From positions 26,226,001 through 26,290,000 of the forward strand of contig NC_083280.1 of NCBI RefSeq assembly GCF_963506605.1: a DNA stretch of 64,000 nt, written 5' to 3'. This stretch comes from Zootoca vivipara. Taxonomy: Eukaryota. The position numbers and the translations under genes are program-made. Shown here in pieces: positions 38,227-50,303 of this stretch. Positions within the stretch are counted from its first letter, which is position 1. Every line of letters starts with the position of its first letter. Under the pieces are notes generated by a model. That model saw only the letters and a program-made list of their open reading frames with translations. It searched no databases and was not told where the DNA came from.

Positions 38227-39467
38227 TCAGGTCCCTCAGTAACTTTCAGAGAGGCAAGTAGTCTCTGTGTTTTATTGACTAGTGAGTTTTATTAACTGTG
38301 TTTGCAAAGAAGGTAGACATTGGATGAAAAGGGCATGGTGATGGCAGAATAGAGATTTGCCTGAGTGGAATTAAGTCAATAATTGCTCCGGTTCCTAGAC
38401 AAAAGCCTCCTTGAGTTAATGAATTTGCAGTGCAATGATTCCAACAGGGGCTCATTCATTGTTAGCCCTTTTCATGGTTTTATACAGAAAGCAGGGGTTT
38501 CTTTTTGCAAACCGTGTGTGTTGTGACAGAGCTCTGTGTCTTAAGACCTGCAGTAACATCTATAATAACCTTGTTCTACTGAAAGTTGGCATGCCAAAGC
38601 CAACATATCGGTTTTCTTCCAGGGAACTTGTGTTGGCAAAGGAATAACACAAGTGATTGTTATAAACCACCTTAATGAAAGCAGCCCATTTTGCACTCTG
38701 CTGCCCTTTTGTATTGGTATCAGTCCTTGTCAAAGGACCATAGTAATGCTTTGTATATACTGAATGCTGCACTGCTTAAACATTGCTGCTCAAATATATG
38801 TCTGCAGTTTGTTATAAAATCTCAGCAGCATCAGCAAAAATATCATGGTTTGTGATATCATGTGGTACAATATTCAGCATGTTACATCCTAAACAAACTA
38901 TTTCTGCAGAGGAATCAGCAGTGAGCCTCAGTCTCTGAAAAACTGTTTGTGAACTGGTATTGCCAGCTGTGAATAGTATCGCTGATGTTTGGAACTGTAC
39001 AACCATGATAGAGCAGACAGATTTGAGAATTTGCAATCACTCACAAGGCAGTGGTATTTTATGCAGGCATTTAAAGAGCAAACAATCTGATACAAAAGCA
39101 TCTAAAAACCCAAACACTAGCCCCTTCCAGACACCTCATTTTTGTACAAAACTGACATGAGAGCAGGATTAGGCCTGATAAACTTCTACCCACTCTAATC
39201 ACCATCCCCATTCAGAAGTTTGAGGATGAATGGATGAAGGGCCCTCTTATACATTGTCCTCCCCCAGGTTCCAGATTGTTGATATCCTTCTCAAACTGTG
39301 GTTTCTCAAACCAAGCATAGGTTGCAAGATTTGGTTTTGCATGTTGCAGAATTTGCATTTACATTGCAACAGAATAATAACAGTTTGCACAGATTAAACA
39401 CACACACACACAGCTGTGAGGACTCTTCACAATGTCATCCAACTAGGATGAATGAGTGGGATTCTGC

Positions 39468-39752
39468 CCACTGGCCCCACTCCCGGCGAGTGCTCCAACT
39501 GGAGAACAGCCTTTACCAAAGGTGTTATGGGCTTTGAAGACACTCAAACTCAGGATGAAAGGGTGAAACGAGCTAAGAGGAAGGCACGTTTTGCAAATCT
39601 TCACAATGATCAACTCCCGTCCGGAAACCTATGTCCCTATTGTGGAAGGATGTGTGGATCCATAATTGGCCTCCACAGTCACTTACGGATTCACTGTTAA
39701 AACCGTGTTTACAGAAGACAATCTTACTCGGTTACAAGCAAGGAGAAGAAAA
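39468..39752 (+). mobile_element. RTE-clade LINE (non-BovB) 3' end with C2H2 finger
   Basis: WRTAFTKGV..FE..KRAKRK..CPYCGRMCGSIIGLHSHLRIH*. Confidence 0.75.
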
Positions 39753-39866
39753 TGGATGAAAGTGAGAAGTTAAGGGAAAGATCAAAGAGGCTTAATCTTC
39801 TGTTTATGGCAGAACACCTGAACTGTCCCTCTAGACTCATCCTAATCCTTTTCAGTGTCTTCTTTT

Positions 39867-40308
39867 GTTGTTGTTGTTTAGTCGTTTAGTCGTGTCCGAC
39901 TCTTCATGACCCCATGGACCATAGCACGCCAGGCACTCCTGTCTTCCACTACCTCCTGCAGTTTGGTCAAACTCATGTTCGTAGCTTCGAGAACACTGTC
40001 CAACCATCTTGTCCTCTGACGTCCCCTTCTCCTAGTGCCCTCAATCTTTCCCAACATCAGGGTCTTTTCCAAGGATTCTTCTCTTCTCACGAGGTGGCCA
40101 AAGTATTGGAGCCTCAGCTTCAGGATCTGTCCTCCCAGTGAGCACTCAGGGCTGATTTCCTTCAGAATGGATAGGTTTGATCTTCTTGCAGTCCATGGGA
40201 CTCTCAAGAGTCTCCTCCAGCACCACAATTCAAAAGCATCAATTCTTCGGCGATCAGCCTTCTTTATGGTCCAGCTCTCACTTCCATATATCACTACTGG
40301 GAAAACCA
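39867..40308 (-). mobile_element. BovB (RTE) LINE 3' end
   Basis: Open ORF YGSESWTIKKADRRRIDAFELWCWRRLLRVPWTARRSN..RRRGRQRTRWLD; (CAA)n tail; TSD CTTCTTTT. Confidence 0.93.
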
Positions 40309-41554
40309 CTTCTTTTACATTCTGCTAAATCATTTCCCCCCTTTATTTATCATTTTAAGATGCTCCCTTGAGATCACATGGGTGGTTGAAGTGACCTGTT
40401 AATGCCTGCCAATCCATAATTTTTACTCTCAGCCAAGTAAGGAGTTAGACAGGGGAAGAAGTAGATTAAAAGCAAAACAAAAATGAGTTTATAATCTGTT
40501 AGTATGAATATGTATGGAACTAGTGGAATGTAGTGATCCTGGATTATTTAACAACAACCATTACTATGGGGGTATGCACTCTCATTAAGTTGAGATCCTC
40601 TTCCTACAAAGGCGAAGAGTGAAATTCATTTCTCTTCAGTGATAAATAAATATTAATAAAATCAACCTAGCAGCTATTGCTTTAAGACAAGGGTGGGGAA
40701 CTGAAGTCCTGAGCCTTTGCATGATTTCAATAGCTCTCGGCAAGTGATTAGTTCCAACCTCTTACCAGAATAATTTGTCCTTTCCTTGAAAGGCAAGGTG
40801 GAAGAGTGGGAGGGATGGAGACAAGGAAGGGAGAGAAGGGGCTCTTAGAAAGAAAATAGGGGGAAATGGCAGGGAGCAGAGAAGGAGACTGGCTTTGGCC
40901 GTTTCTGTTGAGGGCCACATTGCCTTAGCAGAAAGGAGATGCTGCCCTCAACAGAAAATAATGCTTTCCCACTCCTGCATTTAAGACAAATATGTGAAAA
41001 CAAAACAATATCGTTAAATGGATGGAAAAGTTTGGGGCCAAGCTGAATCACATCAGTGACCATTATGCTGACTCCTGAGGTTAAAATGGTTGGGAAAGAA
41101 CATCCTGCTAGAATGATTTTGCTTATCGGCTCTTAAAAGTTCCTTCATAAAATTTGGAAAGAGGCGCACAGGGAACGTACTCCTAAATTTGTTGCAGCTG
41201 CCTATTGCCGTCTTCTAGATGTACAAGGCATTCTTACAAGAAAATGAATGTTTTAAAATAATAATAATAAAAAACCTTACTATTTCTGAGACAAGAAAGA
41301 CCACAAATGTTTCTCAGGACTTCTACTATGTCAAGTACAGGTGTGGAGAACACAGATAGTGTGGCCTATTTTTCTTTCACCATATCCTTTGAATAGAAAC
41401 CAGTTTCTAGAGTACAAAGCTCACTTAATTAAAAACAAACTTGGAAGAAGAAAAATGGCTTCTAATTGGTTCTTTCTGGTTGTCCCTGTGATTGTCCTAA
41501 ACCTCATCTAGAGGACTGAGGTCATAGCTGGCTGTTACTTTTTAGGGCATAGAC

Positions 41555-41690
41555 CAGGCACCCCCAAACTTTGGCCCTCCAGATGTTTTGGACTACAATT
41601 CCCATCATCCCTGACCACTGGTCCTGTTAGCTAGGGGTCATGGGAGTTGTAGGTCAAAACATCTGGAGGGCCGAAGTTTGGGGATGCCTG
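41555..41690. mobile_element. hAT palindromic MITE
   Basis: Perfect 8-bp TSD GCATAGAC. Confidence 0.9.
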
Positions 41691-41844
41691 GCATAGACAA
41701 ACAGCTGGTGTTCTCCACATGTTGTTGTGCTACAACTTCCAAGGACCCTGACTATTGGTGAAGATGGCAAGGATTAATGAGAAATGTAAATGAACAAACA
41801 TCTGGAGAGCACCACATTGGCTATTCCTGGTGTAGTGTATAGGT

Positions 41845-41980
41845 CAGGCATCCCCAAACTGCGGCCCTCCAGATGTTTTGGCCTACAACTCCCATGATCC
41901 CTAGCTAACAGGACCAGTGGTCAGGGATGATGGGAACTGTAGTCCAAAACATCTGGAGGGCCGAAGTTTGGGGATGCCTG
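41845..41980. mobile_element. hAT palindromic MITE, inverted relative to 41555
   Basis: Perfect 8-bp TSD GTATAGGT. Confidence 0.9.
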
Positions 41981-42210
41981 GTATAGGTGGTAATAATAAT
42001 AACAACAACAACAATTTTATTATTTTTACCCTGACATGTTGCTTCTTGTGGGGTCTCATCTGTGCTCACTGCAGGAAACTAGATTTGCATACTCCAGTGC
42101 GCCGTGTGTAAGTCGAAGCAAACTGGTTTTGTTGTGTGGTGGTGAAAGGAAGAACTGAAAAAGGGCATCCAGGAAGGGTATTCTGGGAGATGATACATGA
42201 CAAGAAAATT

Positions 42211-42752
42211 AGTGGTAATAGTACCACTGTATTCCGCTCTGGTTAGACCTCACCTGGAATACTGTGTCCAGTTCTGGGCACCACAGTTCAAGGATACTGA
42301 CAAGCTGGAACGTGTCCAGAGGGGGGCAACCAAAATGGTCAAAGGCCTGGAAACGATGCCTTATGAGGAACAGCTTAGGGAGCTGGGTATGTTTAGCCTG
42401 GAGAAGAGAAGGTTAAGGGGCAATATGACAGCCATGTTCAAATATATAAAAGGATGTCATATAGAAGAGGGAGAAAGGTTGTTTTCTGCTGCTCCAGAGA
42501 AGCAGACACGGAGCAATGGATTCAAGCTACAAGAAAGAAGCTTCCACCTAAACATTAGGAAGAACTTCCTGACAGTAAGAACTGTTCGACAGTGGAATTT
42601 GCTGCCAAGGAGTGTGGTGGAGTCTCCTTCTTAGGAGGTCTTTAAGTGGAGGCTTGACAGCCATCTGTCAGGAATGCTTTGATGGTGTTTTCTGCTTGGC
42701 AGGGGGTTGGACTGGATGGCCCTTGTGGTCTCTTCCAATTCTATGATTCTAT
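42211..42752 (+). mobile_element. CR1 LINE 3' end
   Basis: [40 protein letters not shown]; TTCTATGATTCTATGA tail. Confidence 0.92.
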
Positions 42753-43109
42753 GAATTAGTTTTCTGGAAGTACATTGTATGTTGTATGAAAGCTCAAATA
42801 TAATGCACAAAATAACATGTCAAGAAAATGGAACAAACTGCAGTGTGAATGCAGCCCATGTGAATGGTATGGTGACAATTAGCCAGATTTTAGGAGTAAA
42901 CGAATTGTATGTTTCTCTTTATCTCTTTGGGGTTGCATGCATCATCTTTTCTAAATAATAAAATATGCACATGAAATATCTTTTTGAAAATGAGATCTAT
43001 TCTAAGTGTGTGTGTGTGTGTGTGTACACTCACTCACTCCTGTTTTGAATGTTTATGTTAAGCCTAGAAATGCCCTTAATGCTCATCTTTTTATCCCTCC
43101 GAACTTCAG

Positions 43110-43273
43110 CTATGATGTTATATTTGCTGGGGGACCTGAAGAGTTGTTAAAGAAGTTCCAGCAAGCTAATCACAAGGTAGTGTTTGCAGCAGATGGATTG
43201 ATATGGCCTGATAAACGACTAGCAGACAAGTACCCTGTTGTTCGCAGTGGAAAACGGTTCCTTAATGCAGGAG
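43110..43273 (+). CDS. PLOD2: PLOD2 exon 4 ([55 protein letters not shown])
   Basis: ttcag| ... |gtaggt; 164 nt; LH2-type [22 protein letters not shown]. Confidence 0.98.
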
Positions 43274-43410
43274 GTAGGTAGTTTGTAAAAACTGTTTGAT
43301 TTATTTCACAATATATATTTAATGCTTGATCGTAATGAAACTTCAAAAAAAAAACTTCCTTAGTGCTGAGGGTGTTCCTACTGTTTCTTCTGGAGACTCC
43401 TGTGGCAGCT

Positions 43411-43556
43411 GCCCAGCCCAGAGTTAAGTTGGTAGAGCATGAGACTCAGAGCCATGGGTTTGAGTCCCACATTGGGAGAAAAGATTCCTGCATTGCAGGA
43501 GGTTGGACTAGATGATCCTCGTGGTCCCTTCCAGCTTTACAATTCTGTGATTCTAT
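43411..43556 (+). mobile_element. tRNA-Lys-derived SINE with CR1-type tail
   Basis: Aligns by eye with the 6246 copy. Confidence 0.8.
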
Positions 43557-43789
43557 ATTCCAGATATCCACCCACTTTGAATATTAGATGTTTTCTAACT
43601 ATCCAGGGCAGGACTTATTCAGCAGCTAATGAACTCTGACATACTCTCACACTTTGATGCTGTTCTTAAAGCTCTCCATGTCATGTTGGACTAGAACTCA
43701 CATCACTCCTGACTCCATGGGACATGCTGGTTGGAGATGATGGGAGTTGGAGCCTAACATTATCTGGAAAACCACAGATTCCACACCAC

Positions 43790-44620
43790 TTCTTTCTTTT
43801 TTTGTGCTTTTCAAATTTATACATTTCATTGATTTTACAATCATTTTAACATTTCAAAGTTTGACTTCCTTCACTCTCTTTCTGCTGTTCCTTAAATTTA
43901 TTCTTTAATATCTTCTGCATATCCAACTTCATTTAATTTGCTCATTTGATTATCTACCTTAAATATATACTCTTATGAAACTGCAGGTTATTACAATAAT
44001 CCTGCCAATATTTTTATCTGTTTGCAATTTATCTGTAAATATTCAATAAACCATTTCCATTCTTTTATATTAAAAAAAAATTGCTATCTTGATTTCTTAT
44101 TCTTTGGTAAGTTGCGCCATTTCTGCATACAGTATTCCATAAGTTTTTGCATCCATTCTTCCTTTGCTGGGACTTCTGCTTCTTTCCATTTTGGGGCCAG
44201 TAGCATTCTTGCTGTCCGTAGTAGCATGCATAAATAAATTTCTATACAATTTAGGTAGTTCTGTGTCTGTAATTCCCAAAAGGAAAGCTTCTGGTGTTGT
44301 TTTTTACAAAGGTTATTTTGAACACCCTTTTCAATTCATTATATATCATTTCCCAGCAAGCTTTAACCTTACTACAAGACCACCACATCTGATAAAAAGA
44401 ACCACCTTTCTCTTTACATTTCCAACACTTGTTTGATTTAGATTTACAGTATACATTTTTGTTAGTTTACTCGGTGTTAGATACCACTGATATATCATTT
44501 TCATATCATTTACATGCTGTAAATTTTATATCCATATTCCACAATTGTTCCCATGCTTCCATGTCTATATTACGACCGATATCTATTGCCCAGTGTATCA
44601 TTGAGGATTTTACTTGCGCA
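43790..44620 (-). mobile_element. L1-clade LINE 3' fragment
   Basis: Minus strand gives frameshifted LFMHATT/ARMLLAPKWK; poly-T start on +. Confidence 0.7.
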
Positions 44621-45029
44621 TCCACAGCACTTCTTAGAAGGCCTTAGCAGCAACAAAGGAGGTGCCCCGAGTGAAGTTGCATAGCATTGCATCTGTTGCA
44701 AAATGAAAGCCAAATCTTAAATGCAATGACAGATGGAAGAATCCACACATTCTCCCCCCTAGTCTGAATTGTCACTCAGAAGAAATTAATAAATCAGATC
44801 CACACCTGGAATAGCTCTTTTCCCCCCTAGGCATAAGGAAGAAATCAAAAGAAATCACAGAGATTCAGGGAATTTGTACCAAGGCAAGTCTCTGGTCATA
44901 AATGAATGGGGAAACTTTGCGTAGTTTCATCTACTGGGACTTCCTGAAGTTAGATGTTGGGTGCAGGCTGCTCATTTTCAAGTGGAAACAGTGATGTCTT
45001 TATTTAGTTCAATCTATGATCTCTTTCAG

Positions 45030-45142
45030 GATTTATTGGATATTCTCCAGCTGTAAACAGTATTGTGCAACAATGGAACCTCCAAGATAATGATGACGAT
45101 CAGCTTTTTTATACTAAAATCTATATCGACCAATTAAAGAGG
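45030..45142 (+). CDS. PLOD2: PLOD2 exon 5 ([37 protein letters not shown])
   Basis: tttcag| ... |gtatgt; 113 nt; poly-Asp DDDQLFYT motif. Confidence 0.98.
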
Positions 45143-46235
45143 GTATGTTGAACCATTTCACGAATCATTCTTATGACTCCCAGAGTACAATTGTGAAAAA
45201 TGAGTGATGAACCAAGCTGAAATTCTGGCTATGTTTAGGTAACTTGAAAGAATGATTCTATCTTCTATAAATATCCTATATTAGCTCAAATGGCATCTAC
45301 TAACAAGAGGGTTTGGATGCAGGGTTTTGGAAAATTTTGGAACCCCAACATTTCAAGATTTTTCATTGGGCTGGAATTCTTTTTTCCACTGATGACTGTG
45401 CATGTTTAGTGGCCAGGTAGAATGCTGGCAGATTATGTGTGGGGTTTTTGCATGTGGGAGTATTCTGGAAAATGACCTGGTCAATAGGAACCTGGACCAA
45501 GAACATTCCTCACTATAACATTTTGTCTTAGGTTTGATAAGCCTAGTTTCATGCTGTCATCCTCCTAAACTAGAGGTAGTCTCTCTAAGTACTTTTGGAC
45601 ATCCAGGAAATAAACTCCTGAACAATTCCAGTATTACATGGGTGTTGCATTGATTTTGGTGGAGATTTTAGCAGATCTTTGGATGGGAATTCTATTGCAG
45701 TGGTCCCTTCAAAGAACATGGCTTGCTGCTCTTTCTCTTTTTTCAAAGCAAGGCACAAACAAGAAAGTCAATATGTACACACCAGCAACATCTACACTGA
45801 AGTCACCCAAATTGTTCTGTATATATCATGGTATATTTCCCATTTTTCTGTATTTCAAGCTGTTAATGTATTAGTGGCATTTGGCAGCTCCTCTCCTATA
45901 CCGCTGAATCATCATTCTTTGAGAAGTCATGAACTTTATTTGCTTGGCTTGCAAAACAGAAAGCAAGTCTTTGTTTGTAGGATGATAGAAACCGTTGGCT
46001 AAATGAATCGTATGTTCTCGACGAGGGACAGATCTGTATGACACGCTGAACTATGAAGATATATGAGAGATCGGGAAACATCTGGCATAAGAATTAAGGA
46101 GATTAAAAAGAATTGTCAGTGAAAACATGCAGTCATATTTTCAGATAGTTTACATTTGTCAAGATGGTTAGAATTCAGTTTGTACTGCCCTTGATTTTAT
46201 CATCATTTAGCATATTTTCTGTACTTACATTTTAG

Positions 46236-46299
46236 GAACGCATTAACATCACATTGGATCACAAGTGCAACATTTTCCAGACTCTAAATGGAGCTGTTG
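46236..46299 (+). CDS. PLOD2: PLOD2 exon 6 (ERINITLDHKCNIFQTLNGAV)
   Basis: ttttag| ... |gtatgt; 64 nt. Confidence 0.97.
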
Positions 46300-47007
46300 G
46301 TATGTATTCTGAAGTGTCTATTGAGTGGTGAAGGATATGGCTCAGATTTCTTCCTTGCCATTTCTGCATTACCTATTATATAATACAATACATCCAAGGG
46401 GCTTTCTGTACATTTATACCTCATATGGAATTAACATCAAGTGGAGTTCAGTTACAGGCCCCCAGTGGGAGAACGGACTGACCAACTGGAAGATAATGCA
46501 GTTATTTGAACATTGGGTCACTCCTCATCCCAGAAAAATAAAACCTAGAAAGATATCCCACAATATATTTCCCCCCACGATATCTTTTTTCTCCCCACAA
46601 TAGAAGCAGGCAAAGGAGAGGGAGAGAGGTGAGAGGAAGAAAGTCTGCCTCCACTCTTTCCAGAGGGGGAAAGATTCTATCTGGAGAGGCCCTGACTTAC
46701 AAGAAGTGTTGGGAAATGGCCCAGTTCCTCTGAGGAAGCAGAGGGTCCCATTGTCATAAATACGATCTTGGGATAGGAATAATAATATTTAAAGCGGACA
46801 AACAAAATATTGTGGTTCTTATTTGGCAACTGGAAATGTTCCTCGTGAATGTAGAAATTAACAGCCTGTGGGTCGTAGGCTGAAATGACAGGAAATATGG
46901 AAATCTTTGTAAAAAAGTGGATGCTCAGGGAAATGCGAAGAATGCTGTGATAGTCTTGTTTGAGTAAACTACAGATGATGTATTTTTGACTTCCTGGTGG
47001 GCTGCAG

Positions 47008-47105
47008 ATGAAGTGCTCCTGAAATTTGAAGATGGACGAGCCAGAGTGAGAAATTCACTGTATGACACTTTGCCAGTCACTCTCCATGGAAACGGCCCAA
47101 CCAAA
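47008..47105 (+). CDS. PLOD2: PLOD2 exon 7 ([33 protein letters not shown])
   Basis: ctgcag| ... |gtgagt; 98 nt; HGNGPTK motif. Confidence 0.96.
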
Positions 47106-47377
47106 GTGAGTGACGGTGACTTTGTTTCAGCTAAGTTTTTATTAATCCAATGATACTGGGATACTAGCAGCCTGCTGAGGATTAGTTGACAGTGGCAGTA
47201 GGGCAGAATGTATCGCATTCTGTTTCATCCCTGGTTTCCACTCATTTAAGTTGAGTGAGCACTACAACAGAGCCTTGTGGAACTGGCCTTTAATTGAAAG
47301 GTACAGAAACAAGATTTTATTATACTGCTGAATTAATTAGGGCTGGTTTGTTTCCCCCCCCCACCTCCCAATTGCAG

Positions 47378-47479
47378 CTTAATCTCAATTACTTTGGAAA
47401 TTATATCCCTAATGGCTGGACCCGTGAAACTGGATGTGGTGCCTGTGACACAGATTTATTAGACTTGGCCACACTTGAT
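47378..47479 (+). CDS. PLOD2: PLOD2 exon 8 ([34 protein letters not shown])
   Basis: ttgcag| ... |gtaagt; 102 nt. Confidence 0.97.
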
Positions 47480-48001
47480 GTAAGTATCTGTTGCATGCGG
47501 CTGAATTATTTCAATGCTGAGCTACATATTGATTGTCATGGCAGTGTCTACCTCCTTGTGCACTTGGACTGCTGCTCCAGCTTCTCCCTCCTTGCTTTTA
47601 TCAACTCCTTCCCATCCTGCTAGCTTTTCCTCACCTTCACAGTTTTCTTCCAAGCCCTCCATGCCCATATTTAGTTTTGGTCTGAATCACTTAATGCTTT
47701 GCAGTTTCCAGATGTTTATAGAAAGTGTCTGGTACAGCGGTAGAAACATATTTTTTTTGTCTTTTTGGCACATATTTGTGCAGGTTATTACAGTACATTC
47801 TTGGTCTTCATTGATTCAGATAATACACAAAATGCTTTTCCTGGCACTGACAGCTAAGTCATGATTCAAAGTATCATTTTCTGGAGAAAATAGCCGACAA
47901 AGCTTTTTTGCACTCACTCAAAGAGAAGCAACAGCTAGTTGACATTTCATAGACATCATCCAATCATACACTTTACATATGCAGCTGTCAGAATTTTTAC
48001 T

Positions 48002-48149
48002 NNNNNNNNNNNNNNNNNNNNNNNNNNNNNNNNNNNNNNNNNNNNNNNNNNNNNNNNNNNNNNNNNNNNNNNNNNNNNNNNNNNNNNNNNNNNNNNNNNN
48101 NNNNNNNNNNNNNNNNNNNNNNNNNNNNNNNNNNNNNNNNNNNNNNNNN
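48002..48149. other. Assembly gap
   Basis: Run of N; abuts a CR1/SINE tail fragment (48150-48181). Confidence 1.
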
Positions 48150-48194
48150 AGAGTTGGAAGGGACCCTGAGGATCATCTAGTTTGGATTTGATAT

Positions 48195-48417
48195 TCCGCT
48201 TTATCACTATCCTAAGGAGTCTCAAAGCAGCTAACATTCTCCTTTCCCTTCCTCCCCCCACAACAAACACTCTGTGAGGTGAGTAGGGCTGAGAGATTTC
48301 AGAGAAGTGTGACTAGCTCAAGGTCACCCAGCAGCTGCATGTGGAGGAGCGGAGATGTCAACCCGGTTCACCAGATTATGAGTCCACCGCTCTTAACCAC
48401 TACACCACACTGGCTCT
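48195..48417 (-). mobile_element. tRNA-derived CORE/MIR-like SINE (older relatives near 180, 14065, 18780, 26149, 58165)
   Basis: Minus strand AGAGCCAGTGTGGTGTAGTGGTTAAGAGC (A box) ... GGGTGACCTTGAGCTAGTCAC ... ACCTCACAGAGTG core. Confidence 0.75.
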
Positions 48418-49004
48418 TCTTGGCTTCTTGGCTCTGTGTTTGCAGTCCACTGTAATTTCTGGCAGCAGTTCTTCCATCAGTGACAGGTGTAAGATAACTC
48501 CTGAATGCCATCTGGTTGAGCTACTTTGGCAGGCTACCATAGTCTTCAGGAAAAAAACCTGATCCCATAAGAACTTTAGAATTCTAGGAAACTACTTTCA
48601 TTGTTCAAAATTCTCAGTGAGTTTTCCCACCCCATCCTTCACACTCTACCCCTTAGTTATTATATTATATATTCTGAATACATCATTAATACACTTATAT
48701 ACAGCATGAGAAGGGTCATAGCTCAGTGGTAGAACACCTGCTTGTTTTCAGGAATATGGGTATAGGAATGCAGCATAAAATTTACTAATTTCTCAGACAG
48801 CATTTTGCTCATTTCTTTCAGGAGGAATTTCATGGATTCTTATTAAAAGTGTATTCAGTTATAACTTGTGTAAAACTGGATGTTATTTCCCAAGATATAT
48901 AATATGGATCATTTTGGTTAAATGTAAGATTGTTCATACTATTTTAAACTTTAAAGTAAAAGCTTTTCATGGTTTTCTTTTATTTTTGTGCACTTTTTTT
49001 TCAG

Positions 49005-49130
49005 GAGACTCCAACAGTAACAATTGGTGTTTTCATTGAACAACCAACTCCCTTCCTGCCTAAGTTTCTAGACAGATTGTTGACTCTGGACTATGCAAAG
49101 GAAAAAATTACCCTCTTCATTCACAATAAT
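49005..49130 (+). CDS. PLOD2: PLOD2 exon 9 ([42 protein letters not shown])
   Basis: tttcag| ... |gtaagt; 126 nt; [10 protein letters not shown] motif. Confidence 0.98.
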
Positions 49131-50303
49131 GTAAGTACTTTAGGTGGTAATTGAATGTTGGTCTAGTTATGTAGATTGACAACAAAGTTAAGTTCTTAAA
49201 CATTTAAGTGGATCTCTTATTACAGAAAAATAATGTGTGTGTACATATATGAACACAGCGGCGTAGCTAGCTGCCTGGCTGCCCGGGGTGGCAAACCCGA
49301 AGGCATCCCACCGGGGGGCGGGGTGTCTGTTGCACACATGCGTCACACGTCATGACGCATGCGCACACAGGAGGCATACGACGCGGTGCCGGACTAGATG
49401 GGCCATTGGCCTGATCCAACAGGCACATCTTACATTTTTTGCTTATTTTGTCAATACGTTTAGGGTAGTCAATATTGAAAGGGGAGCAAGCAACGGCTGG
49501 TGAGGCAGTTCACAATGTGATATCTGGTGGCAACTGCATGGCAATAGAGAGGGAGGGAGAAGAATTCTCTTAACTTTATAATTGTAGAGAAATATAAGTA
49601 GAGAAATGGGTTGCCGCAGCCACACCATTCAAGTGCATGGCTGGATACTCACACCTGATGACTTCAGGCACCTGCACCCACCCTTGGGGCAGTTTATCCA
49701 CCTGGCAACAGCACACTTACATAGGGTTGACCGCACCAATGTCCAGCACCATTCCCTGATGAGCAGTTAGTTCTGTGGAATTGATGTTTGCATGCTGCCA
49801 TGCCTAAAAAAAGGTTGGTCCAATGAAAGACCTTGCTTAGGTTACACCCCAATTTGTTCAAGAGCAAATAAATGAATTAGGGAGAATCCTTGCTATTCAT
49901 TTTTACAAATGCAAACAATTCTATATATACTGAGGCTTGCAACTCAAATAGAGTCACAAAACTGAAAACAAACAACTTGATAAATTTATGCCTGGCACAA
50001 TTTCACATATTTTTATTGGCTAACTAGTTTGGATTTAGTGGTTCAGGGAAGGTACTGAAATAGTTACACACCCACACACCCACCCACACCCACACACACC
50101 CTAGATTTTAGAGCTTATCCAATGAAGCTGAATTTTCACAAGCAATGGGTCAATCCCTTTACCCCTTTTTAACTACTCTGATTGATAAGTGTAAAAAAGA
50201 ACAACTATCTGGGAGTAATAAATCAAGGTTAGGGGATCTTTAATATGTAGTGTCACACTATAGTATAGAAGGTAATGCCATGGGCAAAAGATCACAACCA
50301 TAT

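Noticed and set aside
39452-39700. C2H2 zinc-finger ORF
   Set aside because: C-terminus of an RTE-clade LINE ORF followed by its 3' tail; not a host gene.
49721-49762. Hammerhead-like CTGATGA followed by a short stem
   Set aside because: The stem is followed by GGAA rather than GAAA and no three-way junction forms; it is a simple hairpin.
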